A stretch of DNA of 64,000 bases from assembly GCA_951406725.2 (NCBI GenBank), contig OX597815.1, positions 10,602,001 to 10,666,000 on the forward strand, read 5' to 3'. This DNA comes from Octopus vulgaris. Its lineage: Eukaryota. The translations under genes were made by a program, and so were the position numbers. Shown piece after piece: positions 52,104 through 64,000 of this stretch (positions are counted from its first letter, which is position 1; every line of letters begins with the position of its first letter). The notes under the pieces are model-generated. The model ran no database searches and had not been told where the DNA came from. It saw nothing but the letters and a program-made list of their open reading frames with translations.

Positions 52104-52152
<49 letters not shown>

Positions 52153-52290
52153 CATTAACCTTATTATTATCATTAGACTTAGATAAACTTAGATATGTTT
52201 CGACCAAAGATTGGTCCAGGCCATGTCTAACTTAATAGCACCACCTGATAGGATTATTCGATATTATTATCATTAATCTTATTATTATTA

Positions 52291-52329
<39 letters not shown>

Positions 52330-52330
52330 G
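51789..52330. repeat. (CAT)n/(ATT)n microsatellites
   Basis: Direct reading. Confidence 0.95.
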
Positions 52331-52479
52331 TCCATTGTATATTGTGTATATATTTTTTATCATTTCATTGTCCCCCTTATCCTTCACTCTGGTGGCAAAT
52401 AAATGAAATCCTTCTTCTTCTTCTTCTTCTTGTTATCCCTTTCTTTTTCGTCTTCTTCTTCTTATTATTATTATTATTA

Positions 52480-52690
52480 AGACGGTGAGCTGGTAGAATC
52501 GTTAGCATGCTGCACGAAATGCTTGGCAGCATTTCGTCCGTCCCCACGTTCTGAGTTCAAATTCTGCCGAGGTCAACTTTACCTTTCATCCTTTCAGGGA
52601 CGATAAATTAAGTACCAGCAAGATACTGGGGTCGATGTAATCGGCTAGTCCCCAAAATTTCACGCTTTGTGTTTACAGTAGAAAAGATTA
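52480..52690 (+). mobile_element. SINE family B-related
   Basis: GGTGAGCTGGTAGAATCGTTAGC...GAGTTCAAATTC. Confidence 0.8.
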
Positions 52691-52699
52691 TTATTATTT

Positions 52700-53485
52700 A
52701 CATTATCATCTTTCAATTCTGTTTCCTTTTCTTGCCGAGTGTCTTCCTGACACTTAGGGCAGAGAAACACTCTGTATACATTAGTAGGCTATTAAAATAA
52801 ACATGCCAGATTGTTCATTTACAATGGGAAAAACGGAAAGAGAGAGATAGAGAAAAAAGGGAAAATATAAAAAGATATAAAAGTAAACAAAGAAAATAAA
52901 AGGGAAAAAGGGAAAGAAAATTCACAGTGATGTTGCTCTTCTCAATACGTGTGACCAGTTACCAGTTAAGACAATCTTTTGCTCTTCCTTCATGGATGAT
53001 AAGCCAGGTATCATTCTTAAATATTTTCCAGATCCTTTTATAAACATTCCAAGTGATCCGACAATCACCGGCACTGTGACCGTCTTGAAATGCCACATAT
53101 TTCGATTAGCAAATCTTTATATTTTCTGAGTTTATCAAATTCTTTTGCCGAGATATTATGGTCACAGGCTATACTCATGTCAATCAATAAACAGATTTTA
53201 GTGTTTTGGTCTTTCACAACAGTACCTGGTGTGTTTGCTTTGATGGTGCGGTCCGTACATACTGGGAAGTCCCAAAGAATCGTTACATTTTCTCCTTCGG
53301 TTACAGCCTTAGGTGGTGCTTGTGCCATTTGTCAGCAGTTTTGATTTTATAATGCCGACACATTATCCAATTTAGATATTGGCCAGCTTTGTACTGTTTT
53401 AATTAGTACTCTACAGGTGCTAAAACCTTATACCCAGAGATTAGGTGGTTCACTGCTTCAATCCTATCGTTGCAGTATCAGTTCT
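52700..53485 (-). mobile_element. R4/Dong-type LINE 3' fragment
   Basis: VTILWDFPVCTDRTIKANTPGTVVKDQNTKICLLIDMSIACDHNISAKEFDKLRKYKDLLIEI (RLE domain). Confidence 0.9.
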
Positions 53486-53491
53486 TTGGGC

Positions 53492-55426
53492 CAGACCAGT
53501 GGTCGGATCGTGCTGAAAATTGACACAGGCATAGTAGGTGTGATGAGGCAGAGAGTTGAGTAGGTTAAAACTCACCATCTGGAAAGATGCGGTTGCTATG
53601 GTGAGAAAAGTGATTTTTTATCGATTCAAGGGGGCTCTAAGCCCCTCCAGATTGGCGCGATTGGCATCTAACACCCAACAGCATGCACTTTGGGCTGTTG
53701 TGCTTTATAATCATGCATTTTGTCACGAAATTCAGGTTATTAAGCAAAGATTTTTCATTGTGAAAAAACGAGTGCTTTTTGCCTTCATTTTCTTTTAATT
53801 TTTTTCTGATCACATTGTAAGCCTTTTCAGGGAAAAAAATTACATCTGCCTGAAGCCATTAAAAAGGGCTATAATGCACATTTTTAGTCAACGCGAAATT
53901 TTGCTTTTTAGGTCGAAAAAGTTTGAAAATTAAACAAAAATGTTGAATTTTTCGTGGCACGTAACGCCTCAAATGTCGTCGTCACTGTGAGCTGCAACTT
54001 TGCTGTAAAAACATTATAGATTTTTTTCACGGTTGCATAAACTTATTAAGTCCAAGCGCTAGCAAGCTCATGCAAGCTGCCGGTGACTAATCGTTTTATA
54101 AAAGTGAAAGGATTTTGTCTATTTATTTCTGCTGTCCACTTACGACGGTGATTCAATTGACTAAGAAAACTACGTATACGCGATGAATATCCAATACCAA
54201 ACTATCTTAATCTACATACTGAAACTGCGTTAAACTTTGGCAAGCTTACCTTTACCTATTCTGAGTTACTTGAAAGGCGATGTCTCCTTTCCTCTCTTCT
54301 GTTTGTTGATACCTGTGGAGGCGCAATGGCCCAGTGGTTAGGGAAGCGGACTCGCGGTCGTAGGATCGCGGTTTCGATTCCCAGACCGGGCGTTGTGATT
54401 GTTTATTGAGCGAAAACACCTAAAAGCTACCACGAGGCTCCGGCAGGGGATGGTGGTGATCCCTGCTGTACTCTTTCGCCACAACTTTCTCTCATTCTTA
54501 ATTCCTGTTTCTGTTGTACCTGTATTTCAAAGGGCCGGCCTTGTCACTCTCTGTGTCACGCTGAATATCCCCGAGAACTGCGTTAAGGGTACACGTGTCT
54601 GTGGAGTGCTCAGCTATTTACACGTTAATTTCACGAGCAGGCTGTTCCGTTGATCGGGTCAACCGGAACCCTCGTCATCGTAACCGACGGAGTGCTTCCA
54701 TCCATTGTTGATACCTTTTTTTTTTACCTTTGATACCGTTGTTTCACTTTAAGGATGTTTCTTTATCCATCCATTGTGATATTTCGATTGCTGTCCCTTG
54801 TTTCAAATACGTTTTAGCATTGTCATTCTAGCCATTTTTAAACACTTACATATGGTTCGTCCCACAGAATCAACCTTTAAATAAGAGTTTTACTTCCACT
54901 AGCGAAAGCTATACGTATCTTTTACACGAAGCTCCATGCCAATTTAACTTTATGCAGCATTCGTTGTTAGTTTATGTGCACGCTATGTGGGAAGATAGAA
55001 TGAAGGGGCTTTTGTTAGCTTTTCTCTCCGAAAAAAATAGCTCCCTTTGCTGTTGAAAACAATAAGCTCGCAGAGGGGAAGTTTCAACATTTTCCTTCAA
55101 TTTCCTTTCACCATTTATGTGGCTTTTTCTGACAAGAAATTTCGCTTTCATGTAAAGCAACTATATTTTGTAGTCATTATCTGTAATCTACTCCCAAAAC
55201 GCATCAGTAGCTCTACTTTACATGGCTTGCAAACTCATATGTTCTATGATCATTAAAAGTACAACGACATCCACAATAACCAGCCTTCAATTTGATTTTC
55301 ATTTCCAAGGTTAATCGGAAACAGATTGCCGTGCTATTCATAAAACTTCTCGGTAGTTCAATTATTTGGTGAAAAAAATACCACGAAAGCAACTTCAACC
55401 GTCCAAAGGACGGGTGCGTTTGCTAG
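53492..55426 (+). mobile_element. Helitron, 5'-truncated, about 1.9 kb
   Basis: 3' hairpin CCGTCCAAAGGACGG (55399-55413) then CTAG (55423-55426); 53492-53670 repeated at 55495-55670. Confidence 0.75.
54315..54704 (+). mobile_element. tRNA(Arg)-like SINE, family C, full length
   Basis: GTGGAGGCGCAATGGCCCAGTGGTTAGG...GACTCGCGG...GTTTCGATTCC; TSD TTGTTGATACCT (54303-54314, 54705-54716). Confidence 0.92.
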
Positions 55427-55673
55427 TCAATATATATAAAAGAAGCTTTGGGTCGAAGTTGTGTGCACATTTTGTTACGTCAGAGGTTGGCGGACAGACC
55501 AGTGGTCGGATCGAGCTGAAAATTGACACAGACATAGAAGGCGTGATGAGGCAGAGAGTTGAGTAGGTTAAAACTCGCCACCTGGAAAGATGCGGTTGCT
55601 ATGGTGAGAAGAGTGATTTTTATCGATTCAAGAGGGCTCTAAGCCCCTCCAGATTGGCGCGATTGGCATTTAA
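55427..55673 (+). mobile_element. Head of a second tandem Helitron unit
   Basis: TCAATATATATAAAAG directly follows CTAG; homologous to the upstream unit. Confidence 0.75.
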
Positions 55674-56497
55674 TCTAATATATAAAATGTAGAAGGCGCA
55701 CGTTGATACAAATTGAATGTTTATGTAAAAAGGGGTTTAAATGGGGCTGGAAGGGGGATCAAAATTTACAGGAGGGAGTAACTTGAAGTGAGAAATTTAT
55801 TAGGAGACGTTTTGGGGGTGCCACAGTGGTTGCTTTGTTGTGAAAACGGGGATTTTATTGATTTTGGGGGACACTTGGGGAGGGGTCTAGATTGGACACC
55901 TTTTGGCCGATTTGAATCAAATTTTCAACATGGTAAAGTGGAAACGGATTTGTAATTTAAGCGCGGTAAATGGGTTCGAAATTTTGAAAATTAAGGCAAA
56001 ATTTTTGAAGTTGAAAAACAAATTCTCATTTCGACGTATTTTTACCTTCTATTTTTTATTGTTTACAGTTTTCATTTTTTCTGAAAGATATTTACAGCTG
56101 CAGGTAGCCCGTGTTTAGAGCTTTCGTTTGCATGGTCAATCGTCGAAAAATTCCCCAAATAAGTACTAAATTTAACAAAGAAATCCTTTTTCTCCTTATA
56201 TTTAATCGTACGTACAAAAGGCAAGTGTGCTTTCCGTTGTCACTGCCAGATATTTATGACTGATCTTTCAAATTATTTTCTTAAATTACTCAAGATCTTT
56301 TGCTTTTTATAAATGAAAGAGAGACAGATAGAGAGTAAGAGAAAGCGAGGGAGAGTCCGAGAGAAAGGAAGAGTAAGAGAGTGGGAAAGTGAGAGAGAAA
56401 CAAAGAGGGAGAGTGTGGCGATAAGAAACAGAAAGGGAGCAACAGAAAGTAACAGCCACACCCTCACCCGCGCGTAGAACGGGTCCCCTTAAGCTTG
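55674..56497 (+). mobile_element. Different Helitron-like element
   Basis: A|TCTAATATATAAAA start; ACCCG..CGGGT hairpin at 56466-56484 then CTTG|T. Confidence 0.6.
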
Positions 56498-56743
56498 TTA
56501 TGTAATAATTAGAAGAATGAAGTTGTTACTTTGATAACATTAACAGAGTGGGGGTGGCTTCAGAGAAATCGTGTCAGCTAACATGTGACTCAATACACGT
56601 GACCACTTCTTACATCGTTTTACTTTTTCACATGTATAATGTGAGAGTGTGATCGATATTTGATAAGCGAAGCCAACATAGGTATCGTTTGTCTTGGGAA
56701 ATGGATGGCTGCGGTGGTTAGAGTTAATAGGAGAAGAAGGAGA

Positions 56744-56774
<31 letters not shown>

Positions 56775-56879
56775 TAAATGAAAATGTTATCAAGAATGAG
56801 ATCTAAAGGAATGTAGAATGATTGGATGAGATTACATACGAGGGGAAATAAAGAGTACTCTAACACACTGGTTTAGACA

Positions 56880-56953
56880 CGTGTGTTCATACATGTATGT
56901 ATGTATTTGTGTGTGTGTGTGTGTGTGTGTGTTCATGCATGTATGTATGTATT

Positions 56954-56984
<31 letters not shown>

Positions 56985-57031
56985 TTGTGTGTGTGTGTGT
57001 GTGTGTGTGTGTTCATGCATGTATGTATGTA

Positions 57032-57063
<32 letters not shown>

Positions 57064-57083
57064 CATGCATGTATGTATGTATT

Positions 57084-57114
<31 letters not shown>

Positions 57115-57355
57115 TTCTGTGTGTGTGTGTATGTGTGTGTTCATGCATGTATGTATGTATTTGTGTGTGTGTGTGTGTGTATGTATTTCTGTGTGTGTGT
57201 GTATGTGTGTGTTCATGCATGTATGTATGTATGTGTGTGTGTGTGCTTATGTATTTCTGTGTGTGTGTGTGTGTGTGTGTTCATGCATGTATGTATGTAT
57301 TTCTGTGTGTGTGTGTGTGCTTATGTATTTCTGTGTGTGTGTGTGTGTGTGTGTG
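56880..57355. repeat. Compound minisatellite GTTCATGCATGTATGTATGTATTT(GT)n
   Basis: About 7 anchored units of variable length. Confidence 0.92.
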
Positions 57356-57465
57356 AACATAAATATATACGTGTGTGTATTAGATGTGTATGTAAAGATG
57401 TACATATGGATATATGTATAGATAGATATATAAATATACATATATTCATACACCCAATAACAGGG

Positions 57466-57548
<83 letters not shown>

Positions 57549-57575
57549 CGTATGGATATATATGTATATATGTAA

Positions 57576-57651
<76 letters not shown>

Positions 57652-57991
57652 ATGTAGATGTGTAAATGCGTTCGTCTGCACCAAGTGTGTGTGTGTGTGT
57701 GCGCGCGCGCGCATTCGTGCGTGTGTGCGTGCATGAAGACTGAAAAAGTAAATTACTAATTTCTGTGGAAAATCGAAAACAAATTTCTAAATCATATATT
57801 TTATGAAATATTAAATCTATATATGTGATATAATATATTATATATCGTATTATATTATATACATACACAGATACATGGATGCATAGATACATACATAAAT
57901 ACATGCATACATACATACATACATACATACATACATACATACATACATACATACATACATACATACATACATACATACATACATAAATATA

Positions 57992-59072
57992 CAGGGCGTG
58001 ATGGGTAAATTGTCGCCATTATATAATTTTTGATTTCTTACTTGCACGTTGTTTGTTTTTGATTTTGTCGACTACACAGTATAGTAGGGTCAGTTGGGCA
58101 CTGTCTGTGATCAAAAAGAAACAGCACTATGGCGCAATTCATTCTGCCAGAAATTTGGAAACGACATGCCGTACCGCTTGGCATTCACGCCGGAAGCTCC
58201 AATACAAACGTTTCAGAGTGTTTGGGTGTCGATCTAAGGACAGTGCAGGATGAGTCTAATGGTAATTACGAAGTATGGCAGCTCGGAAAACTCACCCTGA
58301 TCGCTCTGATAAGAAAAGAACTCCTGAATGTGTTAGTGATCCTTCCAAGTCAATCAGATCCATAGCCAGAGACATGGGAGTGTCTGGGTTTCTTAGGTAG
58401 GTAGTGCATCGAGGCATTTGGTATTCCTCATACTAGATGAGAAAGAGCCAACTTTTATTCTAAGCCATCAAGAACAACAGGAAAGATGGAGCTACGAAGC
58501 TTTTGAGCAAACTCAAGCATCCCCTCCAACAGAACATGCTTTGGTTTTTCTCAGACGAGGAAAATTTCTGCCAGGATCAGATGGTGAACACACAGAACAA
58601 CCGTTGGCTTTCTGCATGTCCAAAACATGTACCAAGAGTGATAAAAATCAAACATCCAGTCAACATCATGGTGTTTGGAGCGATCACTAGTGATGGCGAC
58701 GTTATGCCTCCATTCATCTTCCCACAGCCTCAGATTTAATGCGGAGGCCTACATCAAGTGCCTGGAAGAGTTAGTGCTGCCCTGGGTCAAGTGGGTAGCT
58801 ACTGGAAGACCCTATGTCTGGCAACAGGACTCTGCACCATGCCACACAAGCAGGAGAACCCAATAATTGCTGTCAGACAATTTCTGTGACCACATCACCC
58901 CAAACATCTGGCCACCTAACACCCTGGACTGCAACCCCCTTGGTTATTATGTGTGGGGCGCAGTTGAGCGAGAGACCAACAAGAGACCTTGTAACAACAA
59001 AGATGAACTGAAGCCAAGGATTATGGCAGCATTCACCAACTTAAACAATAAGACCGTCCAGAAGAGTTGCAG
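57992..59072 (+). mobile_element. DD37D (maT/Bmmar1-like) transposon, frameshifted, 3'-truncated
   Basis: TA|CAGGG start; FFSDE, WQQDSAPCHT and WPPNTLDCNPL(G)YYVWG with 37 positions between the second D and the mutated third. Confidence 0.92.
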
Positions 59073-59382
59073 ATTAATACTGACAGCCCATGGGTTGCAG
59101 TCACTTTATGTCCCCCTTTTTTCTCTATAAGTGATTTACTATTTATAGCCTGTTGATGCTCCCTGTTAGTCTATTTGGTTACCAGTGGTAACCCAGTAGC
59201 AGTCAGTGGGTTACCAATCATAGTCAGTGCTGCCAGTTGATATCATTGGCAAACCATGGGTTAATACTTATTTTCAATATGAATTAGGTATGAGCACTTA
59301 AGTTACAGTTTACATCGTTGTAGTAGTCCATCTATTACTACTGGCTGACTGAGACTTAACGCATGTGGGCCAACGCTAGTAA

Positions 59383-59778
59383 TCTTTATATATAAAAGTA
59401 AGGTTGTGTGCTGTCTGTCTCCTACGATTTAGATTCCTAACTACTCCTGCATTTTGTGGTGCAGTTTAACCAAAACCAGGTATCTTATAGTCGTGATTCA
59501 TATCGAGCCCTTCTGGGTATTAGCGCGCGTCTACGATGAGTCTACGATTTAAAATAAAATTACCATCAATTTTTCCCATTTTTAATGCATTTTTGGCATA
59601 TATTAGGGAAGTAACTCTCTAAAAGTTTATTATTAAATCTCAGAACGTAAAAACCTACAGTAACACCCCCCTCTTTGTGGTTAACCATATTGAGATGGCT
59701 ATTATACTTTACATCTCTAAAAATGCTTATATAGTTATTTCCCTTACAAACCCGAGCAACGCCGGGCGATACTGCTAG
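59383..59778 (+). mobile_element. Non-autonomous Helitron
   Basis: A|TC...CCCGAGCAACGCCGGG...CTAG|T. Confidence 0.9.
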
Positions 59779-60289
59779 TTACTACTAAGAATATATTAGA
59801 GCACTCTAGAGGACGCCCTCGTCAGATGAATGCTGGAAACAGTGATGTGAGTGTAAGTAAACCAGACTAGAAAATTACGGGGGTTAATCTTTTGTGAGAT
59901 GAATAATGAGAGATCGGGGAGGGGAGGAGAGAGAGAGTGTGCGTATGTGTGTGTATGTGTGTGTGTGTCTGTGTGTGTGAGAGAGAGATGGATAGAGAGA
60001 GACTCCACTTTATTTCAGAAGGAATGTGTTAAGAAAACAAGAGCGAAAGAACAAAGTGGATGCCGTGCAAATATATGGCGAGTGTAAAGATTTGACCTGG
60101 GGACGGAGACGTTGAGTCAAACGGTCATCTAATTGCTCGGTTTCCATTTAATAAACACATTGGATTTAGGTATTAAAAGAACTGATAAATTCCTCATCAC
60201 GTAAAAGACGCTGAGCAGATTCTCTACGGATGACTTTTCTCGGATTTTCCTATTATCACTGTCAACACTACGACCACCACTATATCATC

Positions 60290-60318
60290 ACAATTACTAC
60301 TACTACTACTACTACTAT

Positions 60319-60360
<42 letters not shown>

Positions 60361-60376
60361 CAAAACCACAACCACC

Positions 60377-60423
<47 letters not shown>

Positions 60424-60547
60424 CACCACCACAACCACAACCACCACCACCATCACCACCACCACCACTACTACTACTACTACAAGCACCACCATCACCA
60501 CCACTACTACTACTACCACCATCACCACCACCAACACCATCACCACC

Positions 60548-60579
<32 letters not shown>

Positions 60580-60910
60580 CACCACCACAACCACCACCAC
60601 CACCACCACCACCACCACCACAACTACTACTACTACTACTACCACCACCACCACCACCACTACTACTACTACTACCACCACCACCACCACAACCACAACC
60701 ACCACCACCACCACCACCACCACCACCACTACTACTACTACTACCAGCACCACCATCACCACCACTACTACTACTACCACCATCACCACCACCAACACCA
60801 TCACCACCACCAACACCATCACCACCACTACTACTACTACTACTACAACCACCACCACCACCACAACCACAACCACCACCACCACCATCACCATCACCAC
60901 CACCACCACA

Positions 60911-60945
<35 letters not shown>

Positions 60946-60980
60946 CACAACCACAACCACCCACCATCACAACCACCACC

Positions 60981-61033
<53 letters not shown>

Positions 61034-61111
61034 CACCACAACCACACCACCACCACCACCACCACCACCACCACTACTACTACTACCACCATCCCCACCA
61101 CCACCACCACC

Positions 61112-61155
<44 letters not shown>

Positions 61156-61156
61156 A
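60290..61156. repeat. (ACC/ACT)n tract with ~260-bp higher-order duplication
   Basis: AGCACCACCATCACCACCACTACT anchor at about 60486 and 60747. Confidence 0.93.
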
Positions 61157-61429
61157 ATCACAACCACTTTTACAGATGTCCACTCTTACTTCTGTTGCCT
61201 TCACCACTCTACACTGCCGCCTACTCTTTTTATAGACAATAAATGATTAACATCATGCGTATACATACTGCAGATACGGTTCCCTCTATTATACACTTAC
61301 GTACAATACATGCTGATTCAAATAAAGAAGTGTTTAATTCACTAACGTACATTCACTTCATACTCAGACACGTCTCAAAATATTGACGAATACATTATCA
61401 CAATGACGTGTGTAAACTTACATTTTTAT

Positions 61430-61492
61430 GATACACACATACACACATACATATATACATATATACATACATACATACATACATATATATAC

Positions 61493-61541
<49 letters not shown>

Positions 61542-61604
61542 CATACATATATATATATATATATACATATACACACATATATATATATATATATATATAC
61601 ATAT

Positions 61605-61663
<59 letters not shown>

Positions 61664-61680
61664 TATATACATATATAAAC

Positions 61681-61733
<53 letters not shown>

Positions 61734-61808
61734 TATATAGATATATATATATACATATATAAACATATACATATATATAGATACACACATATATATGTAC
61801 ATATATAT
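61430..61808. repeat. (TA)n/(CATA)n microsatellite
   Basis: Direct reading. Confidence 0.95.
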
Positions 61809-62274
61809 GCGCTATGTAATTAAGATAAGTTATAAATCCATTTGAAACTTAATAAAATATTTCTGAGCTCTCATGTTAATTATTATTCATTATAATTTGA
61901 GTGTTCGTGGCTTAGCAGAATCGGTAAGCTCTCGGTCATGACGTCATGGCCGTGAGATATCTACGTTATTTTTACGTTCTGAGTTCAAATTCCTTCCACT
62001 GTCAATGAAATAGATATTAGTCAAGTATTTGGACTGACTTAATTGAAAACGTCTCTGAAAACATTTGAGGCTCCTTGTCGTACGAACATTTAGATATGTC
62101 CGATATTTAGTTACGGCTGCTTACGTTCTGAGTTCAAATTCTGTTGATGTCAACTTTTGTCTTTCATCCATCTGGAGTCGATAATATAAAATACTATGTA
62201 ATAAGTTATTGTAGTTAATGAAATTTACTAACCCCACCAAAGTTTCTCTTCTTACTCCTGTGTTACAAATAAAT

Positions 62275-62480
62275 ATTGGTTTCAAATTTTGGCACAAGGC
62301 CAGCAATTTCGGGGGTGGAGCTAAGTCGATTACACCGACCCTAGTGCTCAACTGGTACTTATTTTATCGACCTCGAAAGGATGAAAGGCTAAGTCTACCT
62401 CTGCAGAATTTCAACTCAGAAAGTAGAAACGGACGAAATGCCGCTAAGCTTTTTGTCCGGCGTGCTAACGTCTCTGCAAA
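62275..62480 (-). mobile_element. SINE family B-related
   Basis: CTGGTACTTATTTTATCGACC.CGAAAGGATGAAAGGC...GTGCTAACG. Confidence 0.8.
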
Positions 62481-62749
62481 CGAATTGTGGAATTTCATTA
62501 ATTTTTTTTAACAGTGTTTGCACAACACAAGCAAACTTGTGTCTGAGTACCTTGGATAGTGCTTTGTTTTTGTTTTTCTATTGTATTGTCGGTACCCTAC
62601 ATAGCCTTGTACACTGTCTAGTATCTTAAGGTCTGAATGCTATTTGTACAGTCTCTTGTAATAATATTTTATTAATATTGTGTAAATGTGAACATCCTAG
62701 AATTTGGGTAATGTATATATTTAAAAAAATAATGAAATTATTGTATTCA

Positions 62750-63370
62750 GTGCTCAGGTGCACCACAACTTGTCAAAAGTGCGTGTAAAGCATATGCAGC
62801 AATGTACAAATGTCTGGGAAGTGAATGAGTCAGATACATGCTTGCGTGTGTATGGAGGGGAGAAATTCAGGTGTAGTGTTGGAAAATCTCAGGAAGCATG
62901 AAAGTTTTGAAGGATGCAGTGCTCCGACAACTAACAATAGATGCCGGCAGTTTGTTCCATGCTTCAGTAACTCTTAGCATGAAAAAATGTTTCCGTAAGT
63001 CATGGGAGCTGTGCTGTTTTCTGACTTTGTAAACATGTCCACGGGTGTTAGACAGATGGAGTTTGAAAAGGTGCTCAGAGTAATTGTTGCGTGTGTATGG
63101 AGGGAAGAAAATCAGGTGTAGTGTTTGCGAATCTCATGAAGCATGGAAGTTTTGAAGGATGCAGTGCTCCGACAACTAACAACTGATGCCAGCAGTTTGT
63201 TCCATACTTCAGCAACTCTTAGCGTGAGAAAATCTTTCCGAAAGTCATGGGAGCTGTGCTGTTTTCTGACTTTGTAAACATGTCCACGGGTGTTAGACAG
63301 GTGGAGTTTGAAAAGGTGCTCAGAGTTATTGTTTGTGAGATGATTTGTGCTAAACAATAAGCACAATGCC
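62750..63370 (-). mobile_element. CR1 LINE 3' end, tandemly duplicated
   Basis: LFKLHLSNTRGHVYKVRKQHSSHDFRKDFLTLRVAEVWNKL; 62842-63087 repeated at 63088-63332. Confidence 0.9.
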
Positions 63371-63429
63371 AGCCAGTATTTTATATTTGCTGGTTTGACA
63401 GCGAACTGATTTCTTTTTATTACTACGTT

Positions 63430-63830
63430 GTACCATTTGTATTAATCTCTATTTTTTACTATATACTTTCGTCCTCCTACAGTAGATACATTATCACTAT
63501 TTAGTAGGTGTCTTCTCATTGTATTTGTGGTAAATGTAATCTATCTATGCAGCATATTCGATAAATTATTCTAACACGCAGTCAATATTTATTCCTATTT
63601 TCCTATTACTGGTACATCCAGAATACTAATACTAATACTTAACATTTTATTTCTGTGCATTTAGCTCAATTACAATTATCAGCTAAGGTTTCTCTAATAT
63701 TCCTTCATAAACATTTTCTTTCATTTGATTCCGCAGAACTCGAATTATTTATATACACTCCTAAGTATTTGTAAGAAAGTATCTGCTCTAATTCCCTTAT
63801 CTCCTTTCCATTATCTAACTCATTATTCAT
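63430..63830 (-). mobile_element. R4/Dong-type RT fragment
   Basis: ELDNGKEIRELEQILSYKYLGV motif. Confidence 0.65.
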
Positions 63831-63831
63831 A

Positions 63832-64000
63832 TCTTTATATATAAAAGAGAAGTTGTGTGCTGTCTGTCTCCTACGATTTAGATTCCTAACTACTCCCACA
63901 TTTTGCGGTGCAGTTTAACCAAAACCGGGTATCTTATAGTCGTGATTCATATCGAGCCCTTCTGGGTATTAGCACGCGTCTACGATGAGTCTATGATTTT
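63832..64000 (+). mobile_element. Non-autonomous Helitron, cut by window end
   Basis: A|TCTTTATATATAAAAG start; same family as 23719-24115. Confidence 0.88.

Noticed and set aside
54315-54395. tRNA-Arg(TCG) gene
   Set aside because: Continues into a SINE body bounded by a TSD; same for 49193 and 29390-29466.
60224-61246. Mucin-like poly-Thr and poly-Gly/Val ORFs
   Set aside because: Pure ACC/ACT repeat; no non-repeat domain or splice evidence.

Overview
AT-rich, microsatellite-saturated eukaryotic DNA with no intact protein-coding gene. The repeat families resemble those I recall from coleoid cephalopods (Octopus); that assignment is an inference. Nearly all ORF-track entries are artefacts of simple repeats or SINEs. 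The window is a mosaic of: three tRNA-derived SINE families (called A, B, C here); decayed R4/Dong-type and CR1-type LINE pieces; a Penelope-like ORF remnant; an ORF1-only L1/Tx1-like element; a 1.16-kb solo LTR; mariner, DD37D and pogo relics; a MITE; and many non-autonomous Helitrons. The most interesting signal is about 10 minimal type-I hammerhead ribozyme motifs, read by eye. Most have palindromic stem III and variant cores, including an intact G3-C8 covariant at 690-738. They lie in short elements, mostly next to (TA)n tracts and often folded back into long inverted repeats, which looks like a Penelope-derived, retrozyme-like system. Also notable: TSD-bounded SINE concatemers whose unit ends are complementary, LINE/SINE shared tails, a head-to-tail Helitron CTAG|TC junction, several local inverted duplications and a possible shattered LRR/Toll-like pseudogene.
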